A DNA stretch of 64,000 nt from Candidatus Latescibacterota bacterium (GTDB lineage Bacteria; Latescibacterota; UBA2968; GCA-2709665): assembly GCA_965205485.1 (NCBI GenBank), contig OZ242180.1, forward strand, positions 2,400,001 through 2,464,000. The letters are read 5' to 3'. The position numbers were made by a program, and so were the translations under genes. Below, piece by piece: positions 1 to 10,106 of this stretch. The notes beneath the pieces are model-generated. The model was given only the letters and a program-made list of their open reading frames with translations. It was not told where the DNA came from and did not search any database. Position 1 is the stretch's first letter. Each line of letters begins with the position of its first letter.

Positions 1-1
1 G

Positions 2-535
2 CAGGTGGCCGGTCTCTCGTGGACGAGGCTGCAGGGCGCGGACCTGGTCGGGACCCGGCTCGACGCCGCGAGCCTTTCCAGGGCGAACCTGCAGGGCGCG
101 GATCTTGCCCGTTCGATGCTGCGCGGCGCGGCGCTGGGCCGCGCGCATCTGCAAAGCGCATTTATTGTGGGCGCAAATCTGCAGGGTGCGGACCTCGCCG
201 ATGCGCAGTTCCAGGGTGTAAGAAGCCACGTGGACTACCCGGATTCCTTCACGGAGCGCATGAAGGCGTCCATCGGCGAAGAGACGGATCTGAGCGGGGC
301 GATCTTCGGCGGCGGATTGACACTGGAGGAGGTGGAATCCATTCTGGAGGGGATGCACCACGAAACGGCAAACGACCTGCGGGAAAAGTTGACGCCCCAC
401 GTCGGCAAGCCGACGTCCTACGAACTGCCGGAACACAGCGGCGCGGTCATCGGGGCCTACACGGACGAAGACGCCGAGAAATGGATCGCCGAATACCGGG
501 AAGCGAGGGGAGAGGAGGCGGAGGACGAAGGCTGA
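2..535 (+). CDS. Pentapeptide-repeat protein, 5'-truncated by the window edge
   Basis: Repeated A(D/N/H)L-x-x pentapeptides (ADLVG, ASLSR, ANLQG, ADLAR, AHLQS); frame is open to the window start. Confidence 0.85.
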   Translation, partial: QVAGLSWTRLQGADLVGTRLDAASLSRANLQGADLARSMLRGAALGRAHLQSAFIVGANLQGADLADAQFQGVRSHVDYPDSFTERMKASIGEETDLSGAIFGGGLTLEEVESILEGMHHETANDLREKLTPHVGKPTSYELPEHSGAVIGAYTDEDAEKWIAEYREARGEEAEDEG

Positions 536-794
536 TACTGACACCAGATGGGATCTCGTCGCACGGGTCGAGGGCATACTGCCATCGTTGCGCCTTCATT
601 GCATTTGCAGGTGCGACCGGCCTTTCTCCCCCTTTCCTTCAGGAGAGTGGGCCGGGAGGAGAGGTCTTCGGGGGTGTGGAGGGGTAGGTCTTGATTTCGC
701 CTCTCGTTGCTGGTTTTCGCTGACAGCTGACCACTGATTGCTGAGAGCCTTAACTAAGAGTGAGCTCCACTTTTACCAAAGAAACGGGTATCCT

Positions 795-1955
795 GTGAAA
801 AAGAGCTACAGTTTCGGTATTGCCGTCCTTTTTGTCTTCGTCATGGTGGCGCAAAACAGCTTCGCACAAGGAAACAACCCCGTCAGTTTGGTCGAAGGCC
901 GCGTCATTCTGCGAGGACACACCTCGGGGGTTTCGTCCTTGTCGTTTTCGCCTGACGGGCTAACGCTTGCCAGTGGGAGCAATGACGCGACGATCCGATT
1001 GTGGGACGTGGTTGCCCTTCGAGAAAAGACCAGACTTACGGGCCACCCGGGGCTTGTCAATTCCGTGGTGTTTTCGCCGGACGGGAAGACGCTGGCCAGC
1101 AGCAACGAAGACGTTCGATTGTGGGATGTGGCCAGCGGTCAGGAGAAGGCGCCGTTGGAGGGCCATATGAGGGCTTTTTTCGCCCTGACGTTTTCGCCGG
1201 ACGGAAGCACGCTCGCCGCGTGCCTTGGAGACATTCATTGGTGGGACGTGGCCAGCCGTCGGGAGAAGCCCAGGCTGCGAGGTCATTCGCCCAGTGCCTT
1301 TACCGTGACGTTCTCACCTGATGGGCGAACGCTTGCCAGCGGAGGCAACGACACTACGGTTCGATTGTGGGACGCGGACACGGGTCGACAGATAGCCACG
1401 TTTTGGGATAATGCGGGTTCGGTTGGTACCGTGCTGTTTTCGCCCGACGGGAGGACTCTCGCCAGCGGCAGTGGAGACGATTCGATTCGATTGCGGGATA
1501 TTGCCACCGGACGGAAGAAGGCAACAATACAAGGTCCTGACGGCTCGGTTTCGTCATTCACATTCTCACCGGATGGGAGTACTATCGCCAGCGGAGGGGG
1601 AGACCATACGGTTCGATTGTGGGATCTGGCCAGCGGTAAGGAGAAGGCCACACTCCGGGGGCATACGGGTTCGGTTGGTTGTGTCTTGTTCTCGCCGGAC
1701 GGGAGGATTCTCGCCAGCGCGAGCAGGGACGGTACGATTGTCTTGTGGAATGTGTCCCCGCATATCACCCCTCAGCCCGCCGATCCGGACTTCGATGGCA
1801 ATGGGGCCGTTGACTTCGCCGATTTCTTGAAATTCGCCGCGCATTTCGGGCTGAGTTTTGGCGATGTTGGATATTACACGGGTTATGATATCGACGGCGA
1901 CGGCGCGATTGCATTCGATGATTTTCTAATTTTCGCAAAAGCGTTCGGCAGGTAG
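795..1955 (+). CDS. Secreted WD40-repeat protein with C-terminal twin EF-hand/dockerin-like domain
   Basis: About 7 GH...FSPDG.TLASG..D.T.RLWD repeats; signal peptide from GTG 795 (KKSYSFGIAVLFVFVMVAQNSFA); tail DFDGNGAVDFADF...DIDGDGAIAFDDF. Confidence 0.9.
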   Translation: MKKSYSFGIAVLFVFVMVAQNSFAQGNNPVSLVEGRVILRGHTSGVSSLSFSPDGLTLASGSNDATIRLWDVVALREKTRLTGHPGLVNSVVFSPDGKTLASSNEDVRLWDVASGQEKAPLEGHMRAFFALTFSPDGSTLAACLGDIHWWDVASRREKPRLRGHSPSAFTVTFSPDGRTLASGGNDTTVRLWDADTGRQIATFWDNAGSVGTVLFSPDGRTLASGSGDDSIRLRDIATGRKKATIQGPDGSVSSFTFSPDGSTIASGGGDHTVRLWDLASGKEKATLRGHTGSVGCVLFSPDGRILASASRDGTIVLWNVSPHITPQPADPDFDGNGAVDFADFLKFAAHFGLSFGDVGYYTGYDIDGDGAIAFDDFLIFAKAFGR

Positions 1956-2040
1956 GCGGGCGTGCCGGGCAGAAGAGGGGCCGGGGAGACAGATCCCCGG
2001 ATCGAGGGTATCCTGCCCTCGCTGCGTCTTCATCGCATTT

Positions 2041-2066
2041 GTAGGGGCGACCGGCCGGTCGCCCCT
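2041..2066. repeat. GTAG-type REP-like palindrome
   Basis: GTAGGGGCGACCGGCCGGTCGCCCCT; intergenic; related copies at 5595, 7937 and 61799. Confidence 0.8.
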
Positions 2067-2185
2067 CTGTTGGCGCATGTTCTGTTCGACGCCGGTTGTG
2101 TCACGTGAGCCTGCATGGATTCGTCGCCGGCCGATTAGGACGATCGGCACCATTGTGACATGAAATTCCCAACCTGGAGTTCTCA

Positions 2186-3643
2186 ATGGGCATCCTGCGA
2201 GGGCATATTGTTGACGGCGCGACCGGCGAGCGGATCGACGCCAAGGTCCACGTGCTGACCTCCGACGGCCGTTTTGCGCATCCCCCCGAGGCCGTGCTCA
2301 AGCGGGGCCCCGGCACGCCGTTCTTCTTCTGCGACGGTTCCTTTGAGGTCCGGGGGGGCCGCGGGCGCACTGACGTCCTGGTGGAAAGAGGGACGGAATA
2401 CGAGCCCCGGCGAACGGTTGTCGACCTGCCCGAACACGGCTCGAAAGACGTCGAGATCGTCCTCAGCCGATGGTATTTCCCGCAGGAGAACAACTGGTAC
2501 CCTGGCAACACTCACATCCACTACGATGAAAGAGAATCGCGGCCGGACGACCGGCTGGCCATCGACTGCAGCGTCGAAGGCTACAACGTGACCGTGGTCA
2601 GCGTCCTGGACAGAAGGCAACTCCCCTACGCCAGCAACAAATATCCGATCGGCGTGATGAACGAATTCACCAGCGCGCATCACGTCCTGGACATCGGCGA
2701 AGAGAACCGCCACTACGGCGAGAACTCGCCCTGGGGTTTCGGGTACGGACACGTAATGTTTCTCAACATCCGCAACCTGGTCCAGCCCGTGAGCCGCGGC
2801 CACATCCTCACCGCCCAGTTCGACCCGGACTATCCGCCGCTCTGCTTCTGCTGCGACGAAGCGCGCGACCAGGGCGGTATCGTCATCTGGTGCCACAACG
2901 GCCGGGGCATGGAGGCGCCGGTCGCGGCGGTGCTCGGGAAGCTTGATGCGTTCAACCTGTTCGATCCCTTCTGGATGGACCCCGAATACGACCTCTGGTA
3001 CAAGCTCCTCAACTGCGGCATCCGCCTGCCCGCGTCCACCGGCACGGACTGGTTCGTCTGCTCCAACAACCGCGTGTACGTCAACACCAGCGACGCGTTT
3101 TCCTACGAGAACTGGATCGCCGGTATGAAGGCGGGCAACACCTTCATCACCAACGGCCCCGCCGTCGATCTGACCGTCAACGATCACCCGATGGGATCCA
3201 CGGTCCGGCTGCCCTCCGGAGGCGCGCTCGATATCGAGTCCAGCTTCAGTTCCTTCTATCCGGTCCATCGCGTGGAAATCGTAATGAACGGCCGCGTCAT
3301 CCACGCGGAGCACGATGACGAAGGTAAACGCGCGGGAGCCGTCCGCCATCGCGTGGACGTCGACAGGGACGGGTGGATCGCCGCGCGGCTCTGGGGCGAC
3401 GGGCGCGACAGCTTCGACCAGTCCATCTACGCCCATAGCAGCCCGGTCTATTTCTCGTGCGGCCGTCCCCCCGCCGAACGAGAGGAGTCCACGCAGTATT
3501 TCCTGAACGGAATCGACGACTCCCTGAAATGGATCGATACCTGGGGACGGTACAACACAGACCGGCAGCGTGAAGACGTCCGGGAGCTCTTCCGACAGGG
3601 GCGCGAGGGGTTCGCGGGGCTGGTGTCAGGTGGGTCCGGATGA
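2186..3643 (+). CDS. CehA/McbA-family (PHP-like) metallohydrolase
   Basis: WYPGNTHIHY metal-binding motif, GEENRH, WCHNG, ASTGTD and FITNGP motifs; N-terminal carboxypeptidase-regulatory-like segment. Confidence 0.75.
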   Translation: MGILRGHIVDGATGERIDAKVHVLTSDGRFAHPPEAVLKRGPGTPFFFCDGSFEVRGGRGRTDVLVERGTEYEPRRTVVDLPEHGSKDVEIVLSRWYFPQENNWYPGNTHIHYDERESRPDDRLAIDCSVEGYNVTVVSVLDRRQLPYASNKYPIGVMNEFTSAHHVLDIGEENRHYGENSPWGFGYGHVMFLNIRNLVQPVSRGHILTAQFDPDYPPLCFCCDEARDQGGIVIWCHNGRGMEAPVAAVLGKLDAFNLFDPFWMDPEYDLWYKLLNCGIRLPASTGTDWFVCSNNRVYVNTSDAFSYENWIAGMKAGNTFITNGPAVDLTVNDHPMGSTVRLPSGGALDIESSFSSFYPVHRVEIVMNGRVIHAEHDDEGKRAGAVRHRVDVDRDGWIAARLWGDGRDSFDQSIYAHSSPVYFSCGRPPAEREESTQYFLNGIDDSLKWIDTWGRYNTDRQREDVRELFRQGREGFAGLVSGGSG

Positions 3644-4356
3644 CCGAAATGGACTCGACGCTCTTGATCGTTTTTCTGGTTCCATCGGTTATCGCGTTGT
3701 GGCGATACGAAAACAGGTCCGTTTCACCGGAAAAGCGTTACCGGACGTTCTGGCCAAGGTTCCTGGCGGGTTTTGTTGACGGCCTGGTGCTTTGGCCCTT
3801 GTACGTGCTTCTAATTTTCATCCTTCGACTTGATGCACCAATCTGGTTGCACGTAACTGTTTATCTGGTATACAATGTGATTCTCTTTGTTTACACGATA
3901 TTCCTGCATGGCAAGTATGGGCAAACCGTTGGTAAAATGGTCACACGAGTCCAGATCGTTGACGCCAGGACCTGCGGCAGCATCTCGTTCAGACATGCCT
4001 TCCTCAGGGATAGCCTCCCAATCCTGTTCATGGTTCCCTGTATCGCTATCGACGCCCATGAACTGGCGCTTTCAAAGATGAAGAATGAACCGTGGCCGTC
4101 CGGCGAAGCCTCAACCGGTAGCTCGTGGGCTTTTCTGGTTCTGGTTGTCTGGTGGTTGGCCGAGGTCATCACGATGCTCACCAACACCAGACGTCGAGCA
4201 ATCCACGACTTTGTTGCCGGTACCGTCGTCGTCCGGACGAATCTGGGAGCACCCGTTGTTCAACCGACACGCGAACCGATTGAAGATACGACTCCTGAAA
4301 TGACGCCTGAACCGAAGCCTCGCGTAAAGAGAAGGTTCAGCTCGGTATTTCGTTAG
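3640..4356 (+). CDS. RDD-family membrane protein
   Basis: FWPRFLAGFVD, GQTVGK and RRAIHDFVAGTVVV motifs; ATGA overlap with the upstream gene. Confidence 0.9.
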   Translation: MTEMDSTLLIVFLVPSVIALWRYENRSVSPEKRYRTFWPRFLAGFVDGLVLWPLYVLLIFILRLDAPIWLHVTVYLVYNVILFVYTIFLHGKYGQTVGKMVTRVQIVDARTCGSISFRHAFLRDSLPILFMVPCIAIDAHELALSKMKNEPWPSGEASTGSSWAFLVLVVWWLAEVITMLTNTRRRAIHDFVAGTVVVRTNLGAPVVQPTREPIEDTTPEMTPEPKPRVKRRFSSVFR

Positions 4357-4372
4357 GCGAATCGCTCGAATC

Positions 4373-5530
4373 GTGAAATCGAACCCGAAAACGGAGCGCG
4401 CCTCGCTGTTTTCCGACAGAATTTGGGTTGCGCTCGCTTTTTTACTGTTCACGCCCGCCCCCGTGGTCCACGCCGGGGAGTGGAAGGCCGCCCGCTCGGA
4501 CTATCCGTGGTCCTTCCCGCAGGACCACTGGGCCCGTGACGGGTACAAGACGGAGTGGTGGTATTTTACGGGGCATCTGACGTCGGAGGACGGGCGCCGC
4601 TTCGGGTACCAGTTCACCTTCTTCAGGGTCGGCATGTTGCCGCAGCGCCCCTCGCTGGCCTCGGAATGGGCGGCCGGCAACGTGATCATGGGCCACGCGG
4701 CCATCGGCGATCTCGAGTCGCAACGCCATCACTTCAGTGAGGTGATCTACCGGATCACGCCCCTGCTCGGCGGGTTTGGCGAGTACCCGGACACGCTGAT
4801 CGCGTGGAGCCGGGCGCCCGCGGGTACCGACGCGCTCTGGACGCTGCGCTGGAACGGCTCGGGTTTCGATTTCACGATGACCGACAGCCGGCAGCGCATG
4901 GGATTCTCGCTTTCGACCCGGCCCGAAAAGGAGATGATCTACCAGGGGCCGAACGGATTCAGCAGAAAAGGCAACGCCGAGGCCGCGGCCAGCCAGTATT
5001 ACAGCTTTACCCGGCTTGCAACAACGGGCGAGATCAGGCTGGGCGGCGAGCGGCTTTCGGTAACGGGTCGGACCTGGATGGACAAGGAGTTCGGGTCGAA
5101 CCAGTTGGAAACCCATCAGGTGGGGTGGGACTGGTTCAGCCTGCAGCTCGACGACGGCCGCGAGGTGATGCTGTACGTGCTGCGGGACACCACGGGCGCC
5201 GCGGACCATGCCCGCGGTACAATCGTCTCGGCGTCGGGGCAGGCCACGTATCTGGCGCCCGAAGCGTTTTCCATTCGAGCGACCGGGACCTGGGAAAGTC
5301 CGGAGACGGATGCCGTGTATCCATCGCGTTGGGAGATCGCGCTGCCCGGCGAGGACCTGCGGATGTCGATCCGGCCCGTGATGGCGGACCAGGAGAATCG
5401 AAGCGCGTTGATCAAATCGATGTTCTATTGGGAGGGCGCGGTGGATATTACCGGCCCTGACAGGAAGCGGATTGGGCAGGGATACGTTGAACTCGTGGGG
5501 TACGGGACGGGAAGCCGGCCGCGGTTGTAG
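4373..5530 (+). CDS. Lipocalin-like AttH/CrtC (carotenoid 1,2-hydratase-like) protein
   Basis: FPQDH, EWWYFTG, YYSFTRL, WMDKEF, GWDWFSLQL, YWEGAV and GYVELVGY motifs; signal peptide. Confidence 0.85.
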   Translation: MKSNPKTERASLFSDRIWVALAFLLFTPAPVVHAGEWKAARSDYPWSFPQDHWARDGYKTEWWYFTGHLTSEDGRRFGYQFTFFRVGMLPQRPSLASEWAAGNVIMGHAAIGDLESQRHHFSEVIYRITPLLGGFGEYPDTLIAWSRAPAGTDALWTLRWNGSGFDFTMTDSRQRMGFSLSTRPEKEMIYQGPNGFSRKGNAEAAASQYYSFTRLATTGEIRLGGERLSVTGRTWMDKEFGSNQLETHQVGWDWFSLQLDDGREVMLYVLRDTTGAADHARGTIVSASGQATYLAPEAFSIRATGTWESPETDAVYPSRWEIALPGEDLRMSIRPVMADQENRSALIKSMFYWEGAVDITGPDRKRIGQGYVELVGYGTGSRPRL

Positions 5531-5594
5531 CGATCCGCGCCTGTCGGCGAGAGATGACATTAATCCGATGTACAGGCTGAGATACCATTCATGC

Positions 5595-5620
5595 GTAGGG
5601 GCGATCCTTGTGGTCGCCCT
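5595..5620. repeat. GTAG-type REP-like palindrome
   Basis: GTAGGGGCGATCCTTGTGGTCGCCCT; 25/26 identical to the copy at 7937. Confidence 0.8.
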
Positions 5621-5747
5621 TTTTCGTTGTGTCTTACGTCGCGGGCAACCGGAGTGCATCCTGAAGGGTGTAAGTGCGGAGGATCGGCCAAAAGTAACCC
5701 TTGCAATTGTCCATTTGGAGGATAATTCGATTGAATCGTACCTCGCG

Positions 5748-7805
5748 ATGAAAAGGCGATTACACATTTGCAGCGTCGTTGCGACGTTGCTGACGTCCGT
5801 ATCATTGGGTGCCGACGATCAGCACCCGACCCGGGTCGCTCGAGCCGTCAGGGTGAAAACCGCACCGGTAATCGATGGCGAGCTTTCCGATCCCGTATGG
5901 CAACAAGCGCGGATTGCGACCGGCTTCTTTCGTGTAAAGGAGGGAAGTATTCAACCGTCGCGTCTGAAAACTGAAGTCAGGATATTGTACGACGAAGAGG
6001 CGCTCTATATAGGCATATATTGTGAAGAACCGGATATGGGGAATCTGCGGGAAACGATGACCCGACGCGATTCCCGTATATGGCATAATGACTGCGTGGA
6101 AGTGATGCTGGATACCTATCGAGACCGGCGCAATTGTTACGTTTTCGCGACAAACACACTTGGCACGCAGATGGACGAACGGATAAGCAATGAGAGTGTC
6201 TTCGACCTGAGTTGGGATGCCGTTTGGGAATCGAAGGTAAGGAAACACCGCAACGGATGGACCGCCGAATTCTCGATCCCGTTTCGAGCGCTCCGGTTTG
6301 ATCCGCATAATCCGACGTGGGGAGTCAACTTCTGGAGGACGCATCCGATAAACGGTCAATCCTATTCCTGGGCGCCTTCCGCATTTTTCGGCCGTGTGTC
6401 CGAGTTCGGCGACCTGACCGGATTGAATCTTGGAAAGATCCGTTTCGAACCGAAAGTCGGCGTTCTTCCCTACGCCACTTATCGTGCGATAGACGACCGT
6501 CAGGATGATTTCGACGGGGGCCTGGACTTTATTGTACCGGTCTCGACGCACCTTACCTCGAATGTGACGTTCAACCCCGACTTTTCTCAGTTGGAAAGTG
6601 ACCCCACCCGAATCAATATAGTTAGCGACCGGGAGCTGTCACTGCCGGAACGAAGGCCATTTTTCCGGGAGGGCGCCGAACTATTCAAGTTGCCCCTGAA
6701 CCTGTACTATACCCGCCGCGTTCAGGAAATCGATATAGGGACGAAAGTAGCCGGCAGATTTCGCGCAGCGAATTTCTCCGTGATCAACACGTACGGAAAG
6801 TTGATAGACCGATACGATGGGGATAGCAAAAAGCAGGCGAATCTCCTGGCCGGTCGTGTCAACTACGACATTGGCAATCGTACGGTCGTCGGGTTCATGG
6901 GCGTTCAGAAACACCAGGAAGACAGAGACGTGATGCTTCTGTCTCTCAACGGTCGATTCGGATTTGGTCGAGACCTGACTGCAACGTCCCAATTTGCCGT
7001 CAATTCCATTGGCGGTCAAACACGTAGCGCGTACCACCAGGCACTGACGTGGGTCCATGAGGGTTGGATGGCTCAAATTGGGATTGAAGAAATCCAGGAC
7101 GGCTTTCGTCCCAATGAGATCGGACTTGAAGATGACGCATTCCATCGCAAGCGTGCCCGGGCAAGATACAGTTACGGACTGCCGGAGACCCGTCTCGTGC
7201 GGTCACTGACGGCCGAAATGTACCACGCATACCAAACCGATGCAGACAAGCTGTTGAAGGAACGGCGCCACGAGTTCAGGTTCAATGTCGAAATCGGCCG
7301 GACTGACTTCGCGACGTTCGGTGGATTCGGAGCCCTTCGCGAAGTCGGTGAACTCTTCGACACCCGGTTTCTTGGCTCAGAGATGAATTATACGGCACAG
7401 CGGTGGCACCTGAGCACATTTGGTCGAATCGGGCTTCGTCGAGGCGAAATCAGCCGATATTCGAGTTTCTCCGCAGGTCTCAACCTCTTGGAAAAGACGA
7501 CTTTGGATGTCACGCTTGGCTATCTTTCATGGGATGCGATTCGCAACACGTTTGTATTCCGGCTAAGCGGCAACTACCAACTGACTCGAAGGGTCGGCTG
7601 GCGCATTTATGTTGAACGGGTTGATGAACGGTTACGGGATGAAACGTTCCTCAGTTTCAATGCCATCTTCGATTACGAATTCACGCCGGAAAGCCATATA
7701 TACTTTGTATTCGTGGATGGCAGGCAGGGAAACCGGGCAGTGTTCGCGAAAATTGCGTATCTCTTCGAATCCGGTGTTCCAGGTTTCGGCAAGGCGATTG
7801 AATGA
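5748..7805 (+). CDS. CBM9-like/DUF5916 domain protein, likely outer-membrane
   Basis: APVIDGELSDPVW, WTAEFSIPF.ALRF, WGVNF, NPDFSQLESD and LPERRPFF.EG motifs; signal peptide from ATG 5748 (the longer ORF start runs through a REP element). Confidence 0.8.
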   Translation: MKRRLHICSVVATLLTSVSLGADDQHPTRVARAVRVKTAPVIDGELSDPVWQQARIATGFFRVKEGSIQPSRLKTEVRILYDEEALYIGIYCEEPDMGNLRETMTRRDSRIWHNDCVEVMLDTYRDRRNCYVFATNTLGTQMDERISNESVFDLSWDAVWESKVRKHRNGWTAEFSIPFRALRFDPHNPTWGVNFWRTHPINGQSYSWAPSAFFGRVSEFGDLTGLNLGKIRFEPKVGVLPYATYRAIDDRQDDFDGGLDFIVPVSTHLTSNVTFNPDFSQLESDPTRINIVSDRELSLPERRPFFREGAELFKLPLNLYYTRRVQEIDIGTKVAGRFRAANFSVINTYGKLIDRYDGDSKKQANLLAGRVNYDIGNRTVVGFMGVQKHQEDRDVMLLSLNGRFGFGRDLTATSQFAVNSIGGQTRSAYHQALTWVHEGWMAQIGIEEIQDGFRPNEIGLEDDAFHRKRARARYSYGLPETRLVRSLTAEMYHAYQTDADKLLKERRHEFRFNVEIGRTDFATFGGFGALREVGELFDTRFLGSEMNYTAQRWHLSTFGRIGLRRGEISRYSSFSAGLNLLEKTTLDVTLGYLSWDAIRNTFVFRLSGNYQLTRRVGWRIYVERVDERLRDETFLSFNAIFDYEFTPESHIYFVFVDGRQGNRAVFAKIAYLFESGVPGFGKAIE

Positions 7806-7936
7806 CCTCGACGTCAACCGGTCGACACGTGACCGGGGAAGAGTAAACGTCAGACGGGTTTTTCTGAGACTGACTGTTGAATCTACTGAATCGGCAGTCC
7901 GGCTTTGCAGACCCATCCCGACTATTTGTGTCTTCT

Positions 7937-7962
7937 GTAGGGGCGACCCTTGTGGTCGCCCT
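7937..7962. repeat. GTAG-type REP-like palindrome
   Basis: GTAGGGGCGACCCTTGTGGTCGCCCT. Confidence 0.8.
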
Positions 7963-8087
7963 GTTTTTTGCGCATAAGTACAAAAAGACGTTGATCGGCA
8001 TATTCATGAGGGCTATCTTGTCAGCGGCGTTGTGGACCGCAGGAACGTCAGTTGCCGCCCGGATCATTTCCCTTTTATGAGGTGCGT

Positions 8088-9224
8088 ATGGACAGCGAGA
8101 GTGGACGCCGGATCTACGAAGACCTGGGCGTGAACCCCGTGATCAACGGTATGGGAAGCCAGACAGTGCTGGGCGGTTCGCGTCTCTCTCCCGGCGTACT
8201 CCGGGCGATGCAGGATGCGAACCGGTACTTTGTGGATATGAAGGAGTTGTTGAAGGGGTCGGGCGAAGTGATTGCGGGGATATTGAGGGCGGAGGCGGCG
8301 CTGGTCACGCCCGGATGCGCGTCCGTGCTGGCGCTGGGATCGGCGGCGTGCATGACGGGAAACGACCGCGGCAGGATGGAGAGGCTGCCCGACACGACGG
8401 GGATGTGCGACGAGTTTCTGATTCAGTCCGGGCAGCGGTACAAATACGAACGCTGCGTGACGGTTTACGGCGGAAAGCTGGTGGAGGTTGGTGACGGGGA
8501 CGGTACGACGGAGAGCCAGCTGCGGGCCGCGATGACCGATCGCACGGCAGGCCTGCTCTACGTCGCCCCTGGCGGGGGGCCGGGCGTGGTCCCGCTGGAA
8601 GACGCCATAGCCATCGCGAGAGACCGCGGCGTCGCGGTAATCGTGGATGCGGCCTCGCAGGTATTCCCGCTGGACGTCATGTGCCGGTACCCCCGTATGG
8701 GCGCGGACGTGGTGGGATACGGCGCGAAATATTTCGGCGCGTGCAACTCAACGGGGATCATGTGCGGACGGAGAGACCTGGTGGACGCGGCTTTCGTTCA
8801 GGGTTTCATCGGATTCGAGACCGAGGAACGGCGCACCGTGGGTCGTCCCCTGAAGGTGGACCGCCAGGAGGTGATCGCCGTGACTGCCGCGTTGAAGGAA
8901 TGGTTTGAAATGGACCACGACGCGCGTTTCGACGATCACCGGCGCAAGGCCGACAAACTGTTCCGCTCATTGAAGGGCGTTCCGCAAATCCAGGTGGAAC
9001 ACGTGACGGAAAAACGCGGGCTCGGCAGCGGGCTGCTGGTCCGGTTCGACGAGAACGTAATTGGAAAATCCCTTTCGCAGGTCCTGGCCGAACTTAAGGA
9101 GGCCCGGCCGAGTATCGTGCTTGGGAATTCTGCGGATGCGCTCCACGTGTCGGTTCCGACCCTGACGGACGAGGACTTGAAAGTCGTCGGCGAGCGATTG
9201 CGTGAAGTCCTGGGCGCATCGTGA
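8088..9224 (+). CDS. SelA/DgaE-like PLP-dependent enzyme
   Basis: LGVNPVING.G..T.LGGS, VIVDAA, GYGAKYFG (putative PLP lysine), GRPLKVDRQE; GAGG RBS before ATG 8088. Confidence 0.8.
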   Translation: MDSESGRRIYEDLGVNPVINGMGSQTVLGGSRLSPGVLRAMQDANRYFVDMKELLKGSGEVIAGILRAEAALVTPGCASVLALGSAACMTGNDRGRMERLPDTTGMCDEFLIQSGQRYKYERCVTVYGGKLVEVGDGDGTTESQLRAAMTDRTAGLLYVAPGGGPGVVPLEDAIAIARDRGVAVIVDAASQVFPLDVMCRYPRMGADVVGYGAKYFGACNSTGIMCGRRDLVDAAFVQGFIGFETEERRTVGRPLKVDRQEVIAVTAALKEWFEMDHDARFDDHRRKADKLFRSLKGVPQIQVEHVTEKRGLGSGLLVRFDENVIGKSLSQVLAELKEARPSIVLGNSADALHVSVPTLTDEDLKVVGERLREVLGAS

Positions 9225-9269
9225 GAGAATACAGGCTTGCCTGCACGGAATGTGGTTGAAAACGTAGCG

Positions 9270-10007
9270 ATGGATTCCTGTACCCGGCTTACCGTAATTG
9301 TCCCTGCTTTCAATGAGGAGGCATATCTCGCCGCGACTCTGGACTCGATCCGCGCCGCGGCGGAACTGTTGACCGCGAAATCAATCGCGTGCGTAGTGAC
9401 GATCGTCGTGGACAACAACAGCGTGGATGGAACCGCCGGTATTGCGCGCGCCCGCGAGGCGACGGTTGTTTTCGAGCCGATGCAGGGCATCTCCCGCGCG
9501 CGCAATACGGGAGCGCGTCACGCCGCCGGGGACGTGTTGGTCTTTATCGACGCGGACGTCATCGTTCCTCACGATCTGCTCAAGACGATTCACGAGGAAA
9601 TGGGCGATCCGAAGTGTATCGGAGGCGGCGTGGACGTAGACTATCGACCTCGACGCCTCGCCGTACGGCTCTATCTTGGCGCCTGGCGGCTCTTTGGTCG
9701 TGTTACGGGAATGGTTCAAGGGGCCGCGCAATTCTGTAGCAGGAGCACTTTCGAGCAGACAGGCGGCTACGACGAGAGCGTCTGGATGGGCGAGGACGTC
9801 GACTTTTACTGGAAGCTGAACAGGCTGGCAAAATCAACGGGCCGGTCGGTCAGGTTTATCCGGGAACCGCGGGTACAACCTTCCAGCCGGCGCTTCGACA
9901 GGTGGCCGGTCTGGAAGATCATTGTCTGGACGAACCCGCTCTTCATCACGTTGTTCCGCCGATGGAAACGAGTCTGGACCGGATGGTACGCCGATCCCGT
10001 GCGGTAG
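9270..10007 (+). CDS. Glycosyltransferase family 2
   Basis: VIVPAFNEE, VVDNNS.DGT, ARNTGA, FIDAD and GED motifs. Confidence 0.9.
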   Translation: MDSCTRLTVIVPAFNEEAYLAATLDSIRAAAELLTAKSIACVVTIVVDNNSVDGTAGIARAREATVVFEPMQGISRARNTGARHAAGDVLVFIDADVIVPHDLLKTIHEEMGDPKCIGGGVDVDYRPRRLAVRLYLGAWRLFGRVTGMVQGAAQFCSRSTFEQTGGYDESVWMGEDVDFYWKLNRLAKSTGRSVRFIREPRVQPSSRRFDRWPVWKIIVWTNPLFITLFRRWKRVWTGWYADPVR

Positions 10008-10106
10008 CGCGTCGGTACGCTTTGTTTTCGCGCATGACCGGCGTCGCCGCGGTGACCGTGCCGGACTATCGGCGATCGACTTGAGGACGAAGTTTCAACT
10101 TCGGGG

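Noticed and set aside
621..666. Degenerate CTCCCC...GGAGAG...GGGAGGAGAGG palindrome
   Set aside because: Too degenerate, with only a weak partial second copy near 1975
900..1760. Nucleotide-level periodic repeats resembling an array
   Set aside because: These are the coding WD40 repeats; no CRISPR array or cas gene was seen anywhere in the window
2183..3436. Long antisense ORFs (also 4442-5767, 19961-21184, 21845-23152, 37239-38705, 50082-51209, 51221-52399, 53750-55183)
   Set aside because: Shadow frames of well-supported genes in GC-rich DNA, with no recognisable motifs
8088..9224. True selenocysteine synthase selA
   Set aside because: Short SelA/DgaE-like protein with no selB, selD or tRNA-Sec nearby, so no gene symbol was assigned
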